47,055 nt of DNA from Chiloscyllium plagiosum. Its lineage: Eukaryota. The notes beneath the pieces were generated by a model, which was not told where the DNA came from, did not search any database, and saw only the letters and a list, made by a program, of their open reading frames with translations. This document shows, piece after piece, positions 22,660 through 34,901 of the stretch (the stretch's first letter is position 1; each line of letters begins with the position of its first letter). The stretch lies in the NCBI RefSeq assembly GCF_004010195.1, contig NW_025214608.1:1-47055 (forward strand). The letters run 5' to 3'. A program made the position numbers and the translations under genes.

Positions 22660-25437
22660 ACTGCAAACCCACAGAACAGACTCTTGATGCAAGTTTTTTA
22701 CAAACCCACAGTCTTTTCCACAACTCTACCTGGAATGTGATTTTGAGGCCACAATCGGATCTTCCATGATCTTCCCGCATGGCAGAGTGTGTTCAGGATT
22801 GCCAAGACCTTTCTTCTGATATTATTATCTACTTTTTTGTTGTCCGTAGGTACTGAAAAACAACGAAAGCATTCTCACATCCACAAAGAATCTCCCTTGC
22901 TGAATTATGAGCACAACTTCCAACAGCAATGTACTCTCCTGTGGAACAGTTTAAGCAGGCACTCAGGTCAAGGTAGTCATAAAACGCTGGCCTGATGAGG
23001 GCGACACAGGTCTACTCACATCCCGTGAGAGAAGAACAAAAGGAAAGATAGCCCGCTTCCTCTGCCTGTATCTCACATTCTTCCAGCTCATTACGATTTA
23101 GTTCGGCTGCCATTCCTTATTTCTGGTGTATTCTATACCATTGAAATTCTTCTGCGTGCAATGTTTATCTCCATAGACATCCCTGTTGCTGGATTTATTG
23201 ATGCTGAAATACAGATGCAAGGAAATTTTAAATTCCACGTCAGTTGGAGTGCACAAAGAAGGAATGGGTTGTTTTGTCACAATGAAGCAACGGAGACGGT
23301 GAAGTGAGGGAAAAGAATTATTGTGATCGACCATGACAGTGTGGTTGATGTTGTATTTCGGGAATTGTGAACAGATTTCTTTCTCCTTTATAAGGGATAA
23401 CCTCACTTGCCACAGAGAGAGCGAAAAAGAATTTCACCAAACTAATCCCTGGGATGATGGTACCACAATGAGTGAGTGAATATGACTCTGTAGCGTTGTG
23501 AGAGAATAAGAGGGGATTGCACTTAAACATGAGTGTGATGGACAATCACTCATTATTTTATAAACAGACACCGATATGGTGAAAAATTCCATGGCATTTT
23601 TTTTTTCAGTTGAATTACATGTTACTGGATAATTTACGTGCCTCAGAAAGTGTTCCCCCATCCCTCAACATTCCCAATGTCGATTGACAGATGAGAAAGT
23701 CTAGGTTTTGAATAAACATTCATTGCAAAAGTGTTAACTATTCCAAGCAGCTTCCAAGATGAACATGGGTATGACTGCTCGGAGATGTAAGATGTTTCCT
23801 TGAGACTTGGCATAAAACATTTGGCTTCCCTCCTCACTGGCAGCAAACCAGATTAAAGTATCATGTGTTCCACGGTCAATGGAGCCACAAGGAACATCAT
23901 GGGGCCGTCAACCTGTGAAGAGTCTGCTTCATTGGTTTGTCAAGCTGGAGCATCACTGTCATCCTCTCTTCTTGAATAAGTGCCTCGAAGGGGAGAATCG
24001 CCTTCTCCTGGTCCCATGGAACCTTTTCAAGAGCCTGATGAGGCTCTGCCTTTTTCTATTTAATAGCTCGATGTGCAAACCAGATTCCTTCTTTTTCTGT
24101 GTCACTATTCTTGTTCTGTAAATTCGATGGGATGAATGGCTTCCTCGTATTCGTATGCAACACGATTCAGATGCTGAATGAGTTCCTCTTTGAACTGTGG
24201 AAGTGTGAAAGTGCCTGGCAGCGGTGTTACATGTATGTTACCGACACGTTCACAGCGCAAGTCTGAATGTTGTCAAGATAGCCTGCTTCCTCTGCCTGTA
24301 TCTCACATTCTTACAGCTCATTACGATTTAGGTCGGCTGCCATTCCTTATTTCTGGTATATTCTATACCATTGAAATTCTTCTGCGTGCAATGTTTATCT
24401 CCATAGACATCTCTGTTGCTGGATTTATTGATGCTGAAATATAGATGCAAGGAAATTTTAAATTCCACGTCAGTTGGAGTGCACAAAGAAGGAATGGGTT
24501 GTTTTTTTCACAATGAAGCAACGGAGACGGTGAAGTGAGGGAAAAGAATTATTGTGATCGACCATGACAGTGTGGTTGATGTTGTATTTCGGGAATTGTG
24601 AACAGATTTCTTTCTCCTTTATAAGGGATAATCTCACTTGCCACAGAGAGAGCGCAAAAGAATTTCACCAAACTAATCCCTGGGATGATGGTACCATAAT
24701 TAGTGAGTGAATATGACTCTGCGGCGTTGTGAGAGAATAAGAGGGGATTGCACTGAAATATGAGTGTAATGGACAATCACTCATTATTTTATAAACAGAC
24801 ACGGATATGGTGAAAAATTCCATGGCATTTTTTTCAGTTTAATTACATGTTACTGGATAAATTACGTGCCTCAGAAAGTGTTCCCCCATCCCTCACCATT
24901 CCCCATGTCGATTGATAGATGAGAAAGTCCAGGTTTTGAATAAACATTCATTGCAAAAGTGTTAACTATTCCAAGCAGCTTCTGATGAACATGGGTATTA
25001 CTGCTCGGAGATGTAAGATGTTTCCTTGAGACTTGGCATAAAACATTTGGCTTCCCTCCTCACTGGCAGCAAACCAGATTAAAGTATCATGTGCTCCACG
25101 GTCGATGGAGCCACAAGGAACATCATGGGGCCGTCTACCTATGCAGAGTCTGCTTCATTGGTTTGTCAAGCTGGAGCATCACTGTCATCCTCTCTTCTTG
25201 AATAAGTGCCTCGAAGGGGAGAATCGCCTTCTCCTGGTCCCATGGAACGTTTTCAAGAGCCTGATGAGGCTCTGCCTTTTTCTACTTAACAATACGATAT
25301 GCAAACCAGAGTCCTTCTTTTTCTGTGTCACTATTCTTGTTCTGTAAATTCGATGGGAGGAATGGCTTCCTCGTATTCGTATGCAACACGATTCAGATGC
25401 TGAATGAGTTCCTCTTTGAACTGTGGAAGTGTGAAAG
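22660..25437 (-). other. Candidate endogenous viral element or unknown element with packed, disrupted ORFs (partly tandem-duplicated)
   Basis: No LINE/SINE motifs recognised. In copy 1, frame A (23907-23734, RPHDVPCGSIDRGTHDTLIWFAASEEGSQMFYAKSQGNILHLRAVIPMFILEAAWNS*) ends 10 nt before the ATG of frame B. Frame B (23723-23098; one frameshift, one stop) overlaps by 16 nt the ATG of Cys-rich frame C (23113-22829; one stop). Confidence 0.35.
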
Positions 25438-25500
25438 TGCCTGGCAGCGGTGTTACATGTATGTTACCGACACGTTCACAGCGCAAGTCTGAATGTTGTC
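23045..25500. repeat. Head-to-tail tandem duplication, units 23045-24274 and 24275-25500
   Basis: Units of 1230 and 1226 bp align end to end with roughly 40 differences by manual count (~97% identity). The junction is ...gaatgttgtc|aagatagcc at 24274/24275. Confidence 0.97.
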
Positions 25501-25870
25501 CGGGTTTGCTGTACATGGCACAGACTGCTTTAGGAACTGAGGGGGTGGGGTTCGGGGAAACATATTGTTGTGCACATGTTGCAATCTTCAGTGATCATCC
25601 CCGCTTCTAATCTTATGATCAGGGAAAGACATTGATGAAGCAGCTGAAGATGTTCCTGCCGAGGAAGCTAACCAGAGGGTCTTCTCCAGAGATGTCCCCG
25701 GACTGAGAGGATTGGTGTCTAACAACCACAGTCATCTTTTTTTCTGCCCTAAATGTCCCCAGCCAGTGGACAGACACTGTCTGTTTCAGATTAAATTCAA
25801 TTTAATCTGCGTTCTTTGAAACAATCTTTACTCAACGAATGCCCTCTTATCAGGGTCTGTTTCTCTTACC
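25438..25870 (-). mobile_element. Decayed RT fragment of the second LINE family
   Basis: gcctggca...caagtctgaatgttgtcc...cattgatgaagcagctgaagatg matches the related fragments at 13.6 and 17.8-18.0 kb. Confidence 0.6.
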
Positions 25871-26179
25871 TGAGAACACGTGTTCATCTCTTTTGAAAAT
25901 ATCAATAGGTTACGGCATATGTTTGTGGAGTACTTTCTTCTCAAAGAGGGAAGTGAATGTCAGGAATTCTCGAGTCAAAAGAGTTCGGTGATCTAGATCA
26001 CTAAAGGTGTTGAAAGAGTATGGAGATAGGTTTATGATATGTTCGAGAGGCGAGCAGCGTGAAGAATTGAGCATTAAGGTGGACTTGATTCGAAAGTTGA
26101 TCAACCATGATCTTACACAACCGTCTGGCAGGCTCGAACACCCGAATTACATGCTCCCGTTCCTGATGTTCTTCTATTC

Positions 26180-26747
26180 TGTCACTGAAAATGTAATGTT
26201 TGCGATTTTGCTGGACGTTCTGTTATTGAATGCTGTTGTCAGAGTGATGGAAGTATATTGTGAGTCATCTCGGTCTGAGGTATGGGGACTATATTGACAG
26301 TGACCAACAAAAGAAGCACAAGGTGCAGTGTGGAGACGTTCTGTGAAGAGACAGGAGGCATCTTTTTTAACCAGCTTGAATTTCCCGTAACCACAAAACG
26401 TGTGTGACAGTCTTGAAGGACTGAGTGGTATACTGTGTTACTGCAGACCAGGTATTTGGAGCAAGTGGCCGCCACCTGCTCTTGTGCTGGAGGCTTGATG
26501 GGCTGAGTGCAGCATCGGACTAAGTCGGAGGGTGGGTCATTGGACACTTTGTCACAGCTCCACGAGACACTAAGCTCGCAGCTAATCGATTGTGGTCTCA
26601 GTAGCCATTTTCTCTCGTATACCATTTGCCTTCATTCACTTGTCTGTGAAAAGTTTAATAAACTTAACCTTGATTCAATGCATACACTAGGCACCACAAA
26701 CTCTGGGAAAGGGAATTCCCACTTGTTGTGATCAATGTTCCGTGACA
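26180..26747 (+). mobile_element. Probable solo LTR
   Basis: The termini TGTCACTGAAAAT / ATGTTCCGTGACA form an imperfect inverted repeat (TG...CA). AATAAA lies at 26657-26662. No clean TSD. Confidence 0.4.
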
Positions 26748-27747
26748 ATCAGACCTTTTGCAGCCCAACTCCACCACTAGTTACAGCAAATTTGAAAGTT
26801 TTGTCATGAGGGGAATGGTATAAGTTCCAACTGGGTCATTTTCTTGTAAATTGTGAGACAGGCACAAACACACACACACAAACACACATACACACACATC
26901 TTAAGACAAACAGAAAATGAACGCGTTACATAGCTTCATAACAGTTGAATTCATAACAAATGTAAAAATAATACAATGTCCCAAATGTCATTCTGTCCTC
27001 TGAGGTACATCTGCTCACACAAGCTGCGGGTATAGGGATTTCTTCCCAGGACAATTGGATTTGGCTGAATTCCCTTCGCTGAAGTCAGTGGACAGATTCA
27101 AATGAATCCTCATCAGGATGTCTCCACGAGTGGCCGAGATGACTCAGGGATTTTCTGCTCTCACACTTTGCTCTCAGCCGGAACAAAGTTAGAGGAAAGA
27201 AAGCAATAGATCGCTCCTCGTAAGGCAGGTAATATTTATCAGCCTTTCTGTGTTGAAACATACAATAGTGTCAACTGAACACCAAACTGATCTGTGTGTG
27301 CTCTTCATGAACATTTTCTGGAGTATATAATTATGGACTATATGAATGTGAATCATTGCTGTTTTCGTACACAGTGCCTTTCATGATCAAAAAGAAGTAT
27401 CTGCTGTGGAATTTGGTGAGATGTTTATCTCGGTCTAGGTATTTTTTTAATTGTTTGATGCTTTCATTAAATCGGTGTTAAAATCAATACATTGATTTTG
27501 AAAAATTATTCCCTCGTTTTCGTCTCCCTTCCAAAATCAAATAGCTTTCCATCTCATACACTTTGCTCAAAATCGTGTATGGTTCAAGAAGATTTCTCAC
27601 CTCAGACCTAATCAAATAATGCTTCATATCAAAAGGCCTTCATTCCAGGAACACATATTGGGAAACATCTTTGAAAATCTTCTGAATTAATTTTAACTTT
27701 TTCTTTAGTTTAGGGTATCAAAAATGCTCACAATGCGCTGGACGGAT

Positions 27748-27960
27748 GCGGAGTCGAAATGTGTTGTGCTGGAAGAGCACAACAGGTCACGCAGCATCCA
27801 TGCAGCAAGAGAGTTGAGCTTTTGGGAACATTCCTGAGGAAGGGCTAATGCCCGAAACGTCGACTGTCCTGCTCCTCAGATGCTGCCTGACCGGCTGTGC
27901 TTTTCCAGTGCCACACTTTTCGAATCTTATCGACAGCATTTGCTGTCCTCAGTTTCTCCC
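27748..27960. mobile_element. Palindromic PLE terminal-repeat insertion
   Basis: Inverted arms GCTGGAAGAGCACAACAGGTCACGCAGCATC / GATGCTGCCTGACCGGCTGTGCTTTTCCAG, ending GTCCTCAGTTTCTCC. Confidence 0.75.
27830..27866 (+). ncRNA. Minimal type-I hammerhead ribozyme motif with intact core
   Basis: CUGAGGA (27834-27840), A, perfect stem II GGGC-UAAU-GCCC, then GAAAC-GUC (27854-27861). Helix III is the palindrome ACGU. Helix I is only weakly paired (UC/GA). Confidence 0.65.
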
Positions 27961-28457
27961 TGGACAGATGAAATAAAACATTCCTACTATTAAACCTGAA
28001 AGTCTTTGAATAAAACTGCATCATTCCATTTACATTCTAAAATACTTGCTGTATCTCGAAAATAGCTTCACATGTTTCATTAACCAGGAACACGAAACTG
28101 TCTGAATCACACAGCTCAGCAATCTCTCTTTGTTTGAATTGTTTTTCATTGTTATATCCTTCTTGTGAAAATAGGCAACTCATGTCTGTTGTTTATTCAG
28201 AAGGGTTGCTCAGTAACTTTCCACGCCTACTTCAAAATTACAGACTCACTACCTCCATTTGATGACATATTGATAGAGCATTTTGGCTTACAAACTAATT
28301 AGGCTTCAATACATGCAGTCACTTCATCCAGGTCTTTGATGCTGATTATTGGTCACTACTGATCCCACATTGATATCTCTCTTGCATTAACATAAGTAAT
28401 AAATTTGCGCTTGAAAATAAGCTGTTCGTGACAGCTTCCTGTTTCACAATGCAGGCG

Positions 28458-29008
28458 TGTTGAATGGCCCCGTCCTGGGTTGCATAATGTACTCACCAAA
28501 CTGAATGACGTCATTCTTTATTCCTGTGTAACGGCTTCGTGGGGCAGAATTCTTTCCCCTCGTCTCATTATAACGATCCTTTCTGGATGAACGCGTTTGT
28601 CCTCTTCCTCTGCAACAGCCTCGAAGTGTGGATTGAGAGACCATCACATGGGTAGGGACAGCAGTTGGCCATTTGGCTGCACCGTTCAGAATCCTCATGG
28701 CTGATCAGAGTCTGTCTGACCATTCAATGTTGTCTGATGGTGGGACTGTCTCTGACCGTCCAATTGAATCCCACTATCCGATTATGTCTGACGATCCGAT
28801 TGTGTCTGACCAACCCCCTCCTGTCTGGACCTAATAAACATTGATTATTGTCCAGCAAATATCATTCGAGCTCAGCGTTGAATAACTGCAATAACCGAAT
28901 CTTCACTTCTCCCTGAGGATGAGTACACCACAGGTAACACAACATTAAAGATGCTGAAGCCCAAATTTTATAACTGAGTTAACCTAACATGACATCACCA
29001 CCTCTTTT
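28458..29008 (-). mobile_element. 3' LTR with polypurine tract from an ERV or LTR retrotransposon
   Basis: On the minus strand, the PPT AAAAGAGGTGGTGA (29008-28995) abuts TGTCATG (28994). A TATAAT-like box lies at ~28571, AATAAA at 28522-28517, and the end ...AACA at 28458. GTCTGAC(C) is repeated in the U3-like part. Confidence 0.5.
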
Positions 29009-31269
29009 GAAACCTAAGGACGCAATACTTAGAAATAGACGTATACCATTCAGCTGTTCAAATCTGTCCCACATTACCACTGACTATTTCCAGCAAACAT
29101 GTATCAAACCCAGCCTCCACTCCTATCTCGGGAAGGGAATACCAGATAGCATGACACCACACACGCATAAAGTAGGAACAGAACTAGGCCATTCCGCCCA
29201 ACCCATCCGATATGCCGTTTAATGATGGCTTTTATGTTTCTCAACATCATTCTCCTGCTTTCACCCGGTGACCCTTGAACCTGTTATTGATCAAAACCTG
29301 ATCTCTTTGTCTTAAAGATCCCAATGTCTGCGTGTTGCTCTCTGTGTGCATTTGTCGATGAGTTAATGTGACTGTGCATTTTGTGTGCATATCTGTCCAT
29401 CTGTGTCACGGACTGGGCGGTTGTGACTGTATATGTCTATGTATGCCACTACATGTGTGCGTGTCTATCTCTATGTATGTATTGAGAGTGTTCGTTTTTT
29501 GGGGTGTTTGCACATGTCTCTGTATAACTATGTGATCAGATATTTGTTGTTTTGGGAGGGAGAGAAGTATCGGAACAGAGAGAGAGGTTAAAGTGAGAAA
29601 TGTCGTCCACTGAACATTGTTGTTTGGACGTGGATGATTCGCAATCTCCACACGATGCGCTCCGGTCAACTCTGGCACGTGTCAGGCTCTAATCTACATT
29701 GGGATTGGGGGTGGAAGGAGCTGTAGAGGAGTGTGAAGGAATGGACATCAGGCACTCCAATACCTGGATTCCCCCCTTCTGTCCTATTCCAGGCTGTTTC
29801 TCTTGGAGTGAGAGGAAGGCAGGGTGTGAGGAAGAATGCAAGTGGGTGGCCCTACTGTTCATGATGGTTTAGCTAATAGTTGGTGGGATCGGGACTTTAC
29901 AGTGAGGTGTCCGAAGGTGGTTAATCCACAGTGTTGAATCGATACATTGTTATTCGGACAAAATAGAGTGAAAGCGACAGAGAGAGTGAGGGGAGCATTG
30001 TGCTGCGTTCAATAGTGACAATGTTGGAACATTGCCTCGTTCGGGGGAAGGTAATATAACGGATATACAGTGAGTGTGAGAGAGCAGGGAGCATATCGTG
30101 GAACTTATGCTGGCAGAGCGGGGATGCTTATTAATGCTTGTCCTATATTGTTGGACATTTTTTCAGATCATCTTTGTGTCGAGGTGAGCCTCACTTAATA
30201 TCTTGTCCAAGTGTATCACTGATAACGACACAGACCATATCCCGCATCTTACACAGAATCAGTTTGGGTGGAAATTACAAATAGCAAGGAAAAGCAAGCA
30301 TTGGTGCATTATGTGCCTTACCAAAAACTGCTGCACAAACTTTGTGCATTATGCGCTCTGGAAATTTGATATCCAAGTATCATGCGTGCTACTGTAATAC
30401 TGGATGATCTCGAGTTACATCTGAACAATCCTTAACTAAGTGACTGCTTATACTGTGAAAAGTGAATTCCACAGTGTATATGAGGAAGGTTGAAGAGAAT
30501 GTTGTGAACCAAACTGGACACCCGGCTTTTAAGATTTGGTGTTGCGTGGTCAGAAGGATTAATTAATTAACTTGTTATGAGGCAGTATTTTAGCAATAGT
30601 GACAACGATGCATTACATTTTACTCAGCGACTGCACGCAACATAGAATTTTTGAACATTACCATCAATCTACATTGACGCCCCAAGGCTGAAGGGTCAAG
30701 TTGGATACAGTGAATTGGGAAAGTACAATATAACATTCAGTGGTAGACAGCAATGTTCGCTACTTTTAGAAATGCTGCAACGTCTGTAAACTGTATATAT
30801 TTTTCTGAGGTACAAACAGTAAAAAAAAATGAAGGTGACACAACAATGGTTAAATTAAGAAATTAGAGGTTGTGTTACTCAAGGAAAGTGGGTTCAAAAG
30901 AATTCCAGAGTTTGTGGAAACCAGAGAATTCCGAAAGATTATGCTGCATATATGAATGGCTATGAGACTGATAAGGAGTCACTGATAGTGAATTCTTCAA
31001 TGCAATTAACGCCAATGATATATGGAGAAATACGTGTAAGTGGAAAGTTGAAGTTAGGTTGGCCTTCACTGAATGGAATCGGAATGTAGAAGTAAATATA
31101 TCTTGAAGGCGCTGCACAGAGTGTTGGTGAGACTGCATCGGGAGTATTGTGTACAGTTTTGGTGTCCTAATCTCAGAACTTTAATACTGCCCACAGACGA
31201 AGTCCAATGGATATTCCCCAGTTCCTCCCTCTGATGTCGAGATTATCTGATGAGGGAACTCGCCTGTGT

Positions 31270-32580
31270 CCTCTAAAGTTTCAAAGAACGAGTGAAACTT
31301 AGAAACTTCACAAATAAACAGCATGTCCCTATAGCTTCCTCGTCTATTTTGAAGGCAAATACTTCAAGGCTAAGTGACAGACCATATAAGACAGCAATAA
31401 GGAGGAAATCCTTCACTTGGAGTGAACTGGCGAACAAAATGGCATGGAAACCGTTGGCAGGCAAGATTAGTGAGAATCCCCGGATATTCTACAGGCCTAT
31501 CAAGTGGAACAGAATAACCAAGGAACAGATAGGGCCCATTCATGACTTGCCAAGTTGCATCCAATCTCAACTTGGTCCAGGAGACAGAGGCTGGCGGTAG
31601 AAGGCTGTTTGTGCGACTGGAGAACAGTGTCCCCTGCTCTACCACAGGAATCATTGCTCTGTCCCATCTTATTTGTGATATTCATAACTCATGCAGATGT
31701 GAAGGTTGGGGGGGTGGCGGGGGGAGGGGAGAGTGTGATCAGTAAGTTTGAGTTTGACACAAATACTGGCCGGCTTGTTGGAGTGAGGGGGAAAGTCTTA
31801 CCTTATCGGAAGACATAGATGTAATGGTCAAATGAGCAGATCAATGGCAGAAATAATGTAACCCTGATGAAAATGAGCTGATGCACTTTGGAAGAATTAA
31901 CCGGACAAGGGAGTAATCAATGAATGGCAGCACACAAGGAAGTTCATGGTTTCTTATAGACGCGTCTAAATGTATCTGACCAGGGTAAAAGGTGAGATAA
32001 GAAGTTATCCGTTTCCGTGGCGCTCGCGTTCATTCAGCGAGACATAGATTATTAACGACATACCGGGCCTTGGTTAGGCCATAGCTGGGATACGGTGTGT
32101 AGTTCTGGGTGTCAGATTACAGAAAGAATGTGGTTGCACTGGAGGGGGTACAGAGGAGATTCACCAATGTGTTCGCTTGGATGGATTATCTCAGACATGA
32201 AATACTCGCTGGATAACCTCGGGGTGTTTGCTGAGGAGCAAGGAAGGCTGAGGAGATGTGCTTCAGAAGGATCAGGTTTCGAGGGCAATGGGCGGGGTGG
32301 ACATACTGCAGCTGTTCATTTAATCAGAAAGCCAAGAACAAGGAACCACACTTTTAAAGTGAAGCGTTTGATGTCGAGAGATTATTTGCAAATTGTTTTT
32401 CACCCATATGGTTTTGGGGTCTGGAATTAATTTTTTGAGAACGTGGTTGCCATCGGTAACACCACAACCATTAAGAAGAACTTTGATGAGAAGTTGAAGT
32501 CTCATAAAATTCTAGGTTATGGGTCATGTGTCAGAAAGTGGGAGTGATGTGAATCAAGCTGTATTTCTGATAGTATAGAG
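31270..32580 (+). mobile_element. Decayed CR1-type LINE fragments
   Basis: LAGKISENPRIFYR, QRLAVEGCLCDWRTVSPALPQESLLCPILFVIFI (VPQGSVLGPLLF region) and 3' remnants. Confidence 0.75.
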
Positions 32581-34901
32581 TCGATGTTTCTGCATTTGTG
32601 GAAAGTAAATCATTGTGTAGCTAAAGACAGCAATTGCCATGCTACCAGAGAATACAGTAACAAGTATTATAGAAATGGGCTCTAATGAGTTCTAAAATTA
32701 TATCGATGTAATCGGAACAGAAAAAAAAGCACAGCTTCGTTACAGTCTGAAACCAGAGAATGTAGAACAAGGAAATGGCAGAACTATGAAGAAACTATGT
32801 CAGTTCTATCTTCACAACAGATTTTTTTAAAATCTTCCCAGAAAACTGGGAAACCTAAGGGGTGGATAGAGTGGACTGTGAGATCCTTTTTCCTCGGATG
32901 GTGAAGGTTAACACGAGGGAACATTGCATTAAATTGCGGGGTGATAGATTTCGGTCAGATATTAGGGGCATTTTCTTCACTCAGAGAGTAGTAGGAGCGT
33001 GGAATGACCGCCTGCAAGAGACGTAGAGTCGCCGATGGTAATGGCATTTAAATGACATTGGACAGACATACTTTTAATAATGGAACTGAGTTGGTTAAAT
33101 GGACATCAGATTATTTTCATTGATCAGCATAACATCAACGTCCAAAGGATCTGTACTGCACTGCATTCGTTTAATGTCATAATTTCACAGCTGTTTGTAA
33201 AAAAGATGAGAATGAATTCGTAAATGAATGGTTTTGGAGAAATTGTTTGGACTAAAATTAATGAGCATAGACACAGTCAACGAAGAGTTTGAAATGCGAA
33301 TCATATCTGAGAAACTGGCGGGTAGATATGTTATGGAGAGGCCCTCTACGCAATGTATTGCGATTTTAAGAAAACCTTTTGATGAATCCCCAAGCCGAGA
33401 GTGCAAAATCAAATTTTATGATATTGAGGCTTATAAATCGACTTAGAATGGGAGATCTGGCAGGAAACACTGAGTCAAAGTTTTTGATTTAATTTTGAGT
33501 TTATCACCGGTGTATTTTGCAAGAAAAGTACAATAAAATACAATTATCGCCACAAAATCGCGCTGATTTGAATAATTTAAGAAAATGGAAGAAACAAAGG
33601 ATGGAGCTTGAAAATAGACCATGGGCTCTGCGGCATCTCCTCAGCATCGATGGCACTGCACATCCTTCCTTCCACAACTGCTTCATCATCACCGACGCCA
33701 GACCCTCCCAACATCGATGTTGCTGATCCTCTGGGGCCATCTATGCTGCTGAACCGTTACTCGTCCATCACCGCTTTGTCGCCATGGTCAGAAACATATT
33801 GCTTACCGCTGCGCCCTCATCATCGATGTTACCATGATGCCGTTCCACCATCTGCTTTATCAATGCCACTCAGGACCCAACTAAAAACGAAGTATCCAGT
33901 CCTCAGGCATCACCTTTTGCTGCTGGGCACTATCTTGCCCACATCGCCTCTGCTGATGTACCTGCTGCTGATTCCTGTCCCGTGCTTGCTCCATAAAAGT
34001 AAGTCGTGTCTCAGTCTACTCTGCTTTGGGCCCAGTTTGAGGTACGCACCCTGTTCCCGGCTTGAGGCCTCTCGAGGCCCACGCCCTGAGTCTGCTCAAA
34101 ATCTAGGATCTCGCTGGTGCAGATGTTGTCCAAGCTACAACGTCAGAAAGTGATAGAGAGAAAAGACAGTGGGAGAAATTCAAAAAAAGAAAAGATATCG
34201 GAGCGGACAAGGTACAGCACATAAGCCCTTAGTCTGGAAGCACCGGAATATAGTGATCCTAATACATTTGCACACAAATCAGTGTATATAGAGTCACCAA
34301 GCGTGCAGCTGTAACATTGCAATAAAAAGGATGTCGTTGTACACCAGTCACTGAAATCAATATGACAGAACAGAACGCAGTTCGGAATATAAATGATATG
34401 TTGAACTTCATTTTAAGGGGATTTGAGGACAGGAGTAACAGTGCTTTACTGCACTGTACGGGGCCTCAGTGAGAACTCATCTCGAACACGGTGCAGTAAT
34501 ATGTTTACGTTTGGTCTCCTTACCCAATCAAGGAAAATGTGACATTGTGTTTATCCAGAGGATACATGTATCTCAAAATCTCCAATCTCTATCACGTCAT
34601 TTGAAATATTTATAACATCCTTCCTATAGCAGTATGAATTCGACTCAGTACTCCAAAAGTGGCCTTACCATTCTCTTGCACATGATGTCTCAACTCCTAT
34701 ACGCAATGTTCTATCAGATGAAGTTAAGTGTATCTAATGCCTTCTGAAGTGCTGTGTCTACCTGCGACTCCACGTTCTCGGAACTATCTGGATGTCTCTG
34801 TTTGAAAACACTCCCCATGGACCTAACATTAACTGTAAATCCTGTTATGGGTTGCATTACAAAATGCTACGCATCACATTTGTCTTTATACTCCATCTAC
34901 C

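Noticed and set aside
22992..23040. CTGATGA box (also at ~2669, ~24034 and ~25261) as a hammerhead
   Set aside because: No stem II followed by GAAA-N-UH at the right spacing.
23560..23723. Superficial resemblance of frame B (VEGW...EKKNAMEFFTI) to bornavirus matrix protein
   Set aside because: Only short motifs recalled from memory, with different spacing, and the downstream ORF lacks a glycoprotein signal peptide. Not enough to assign a family.
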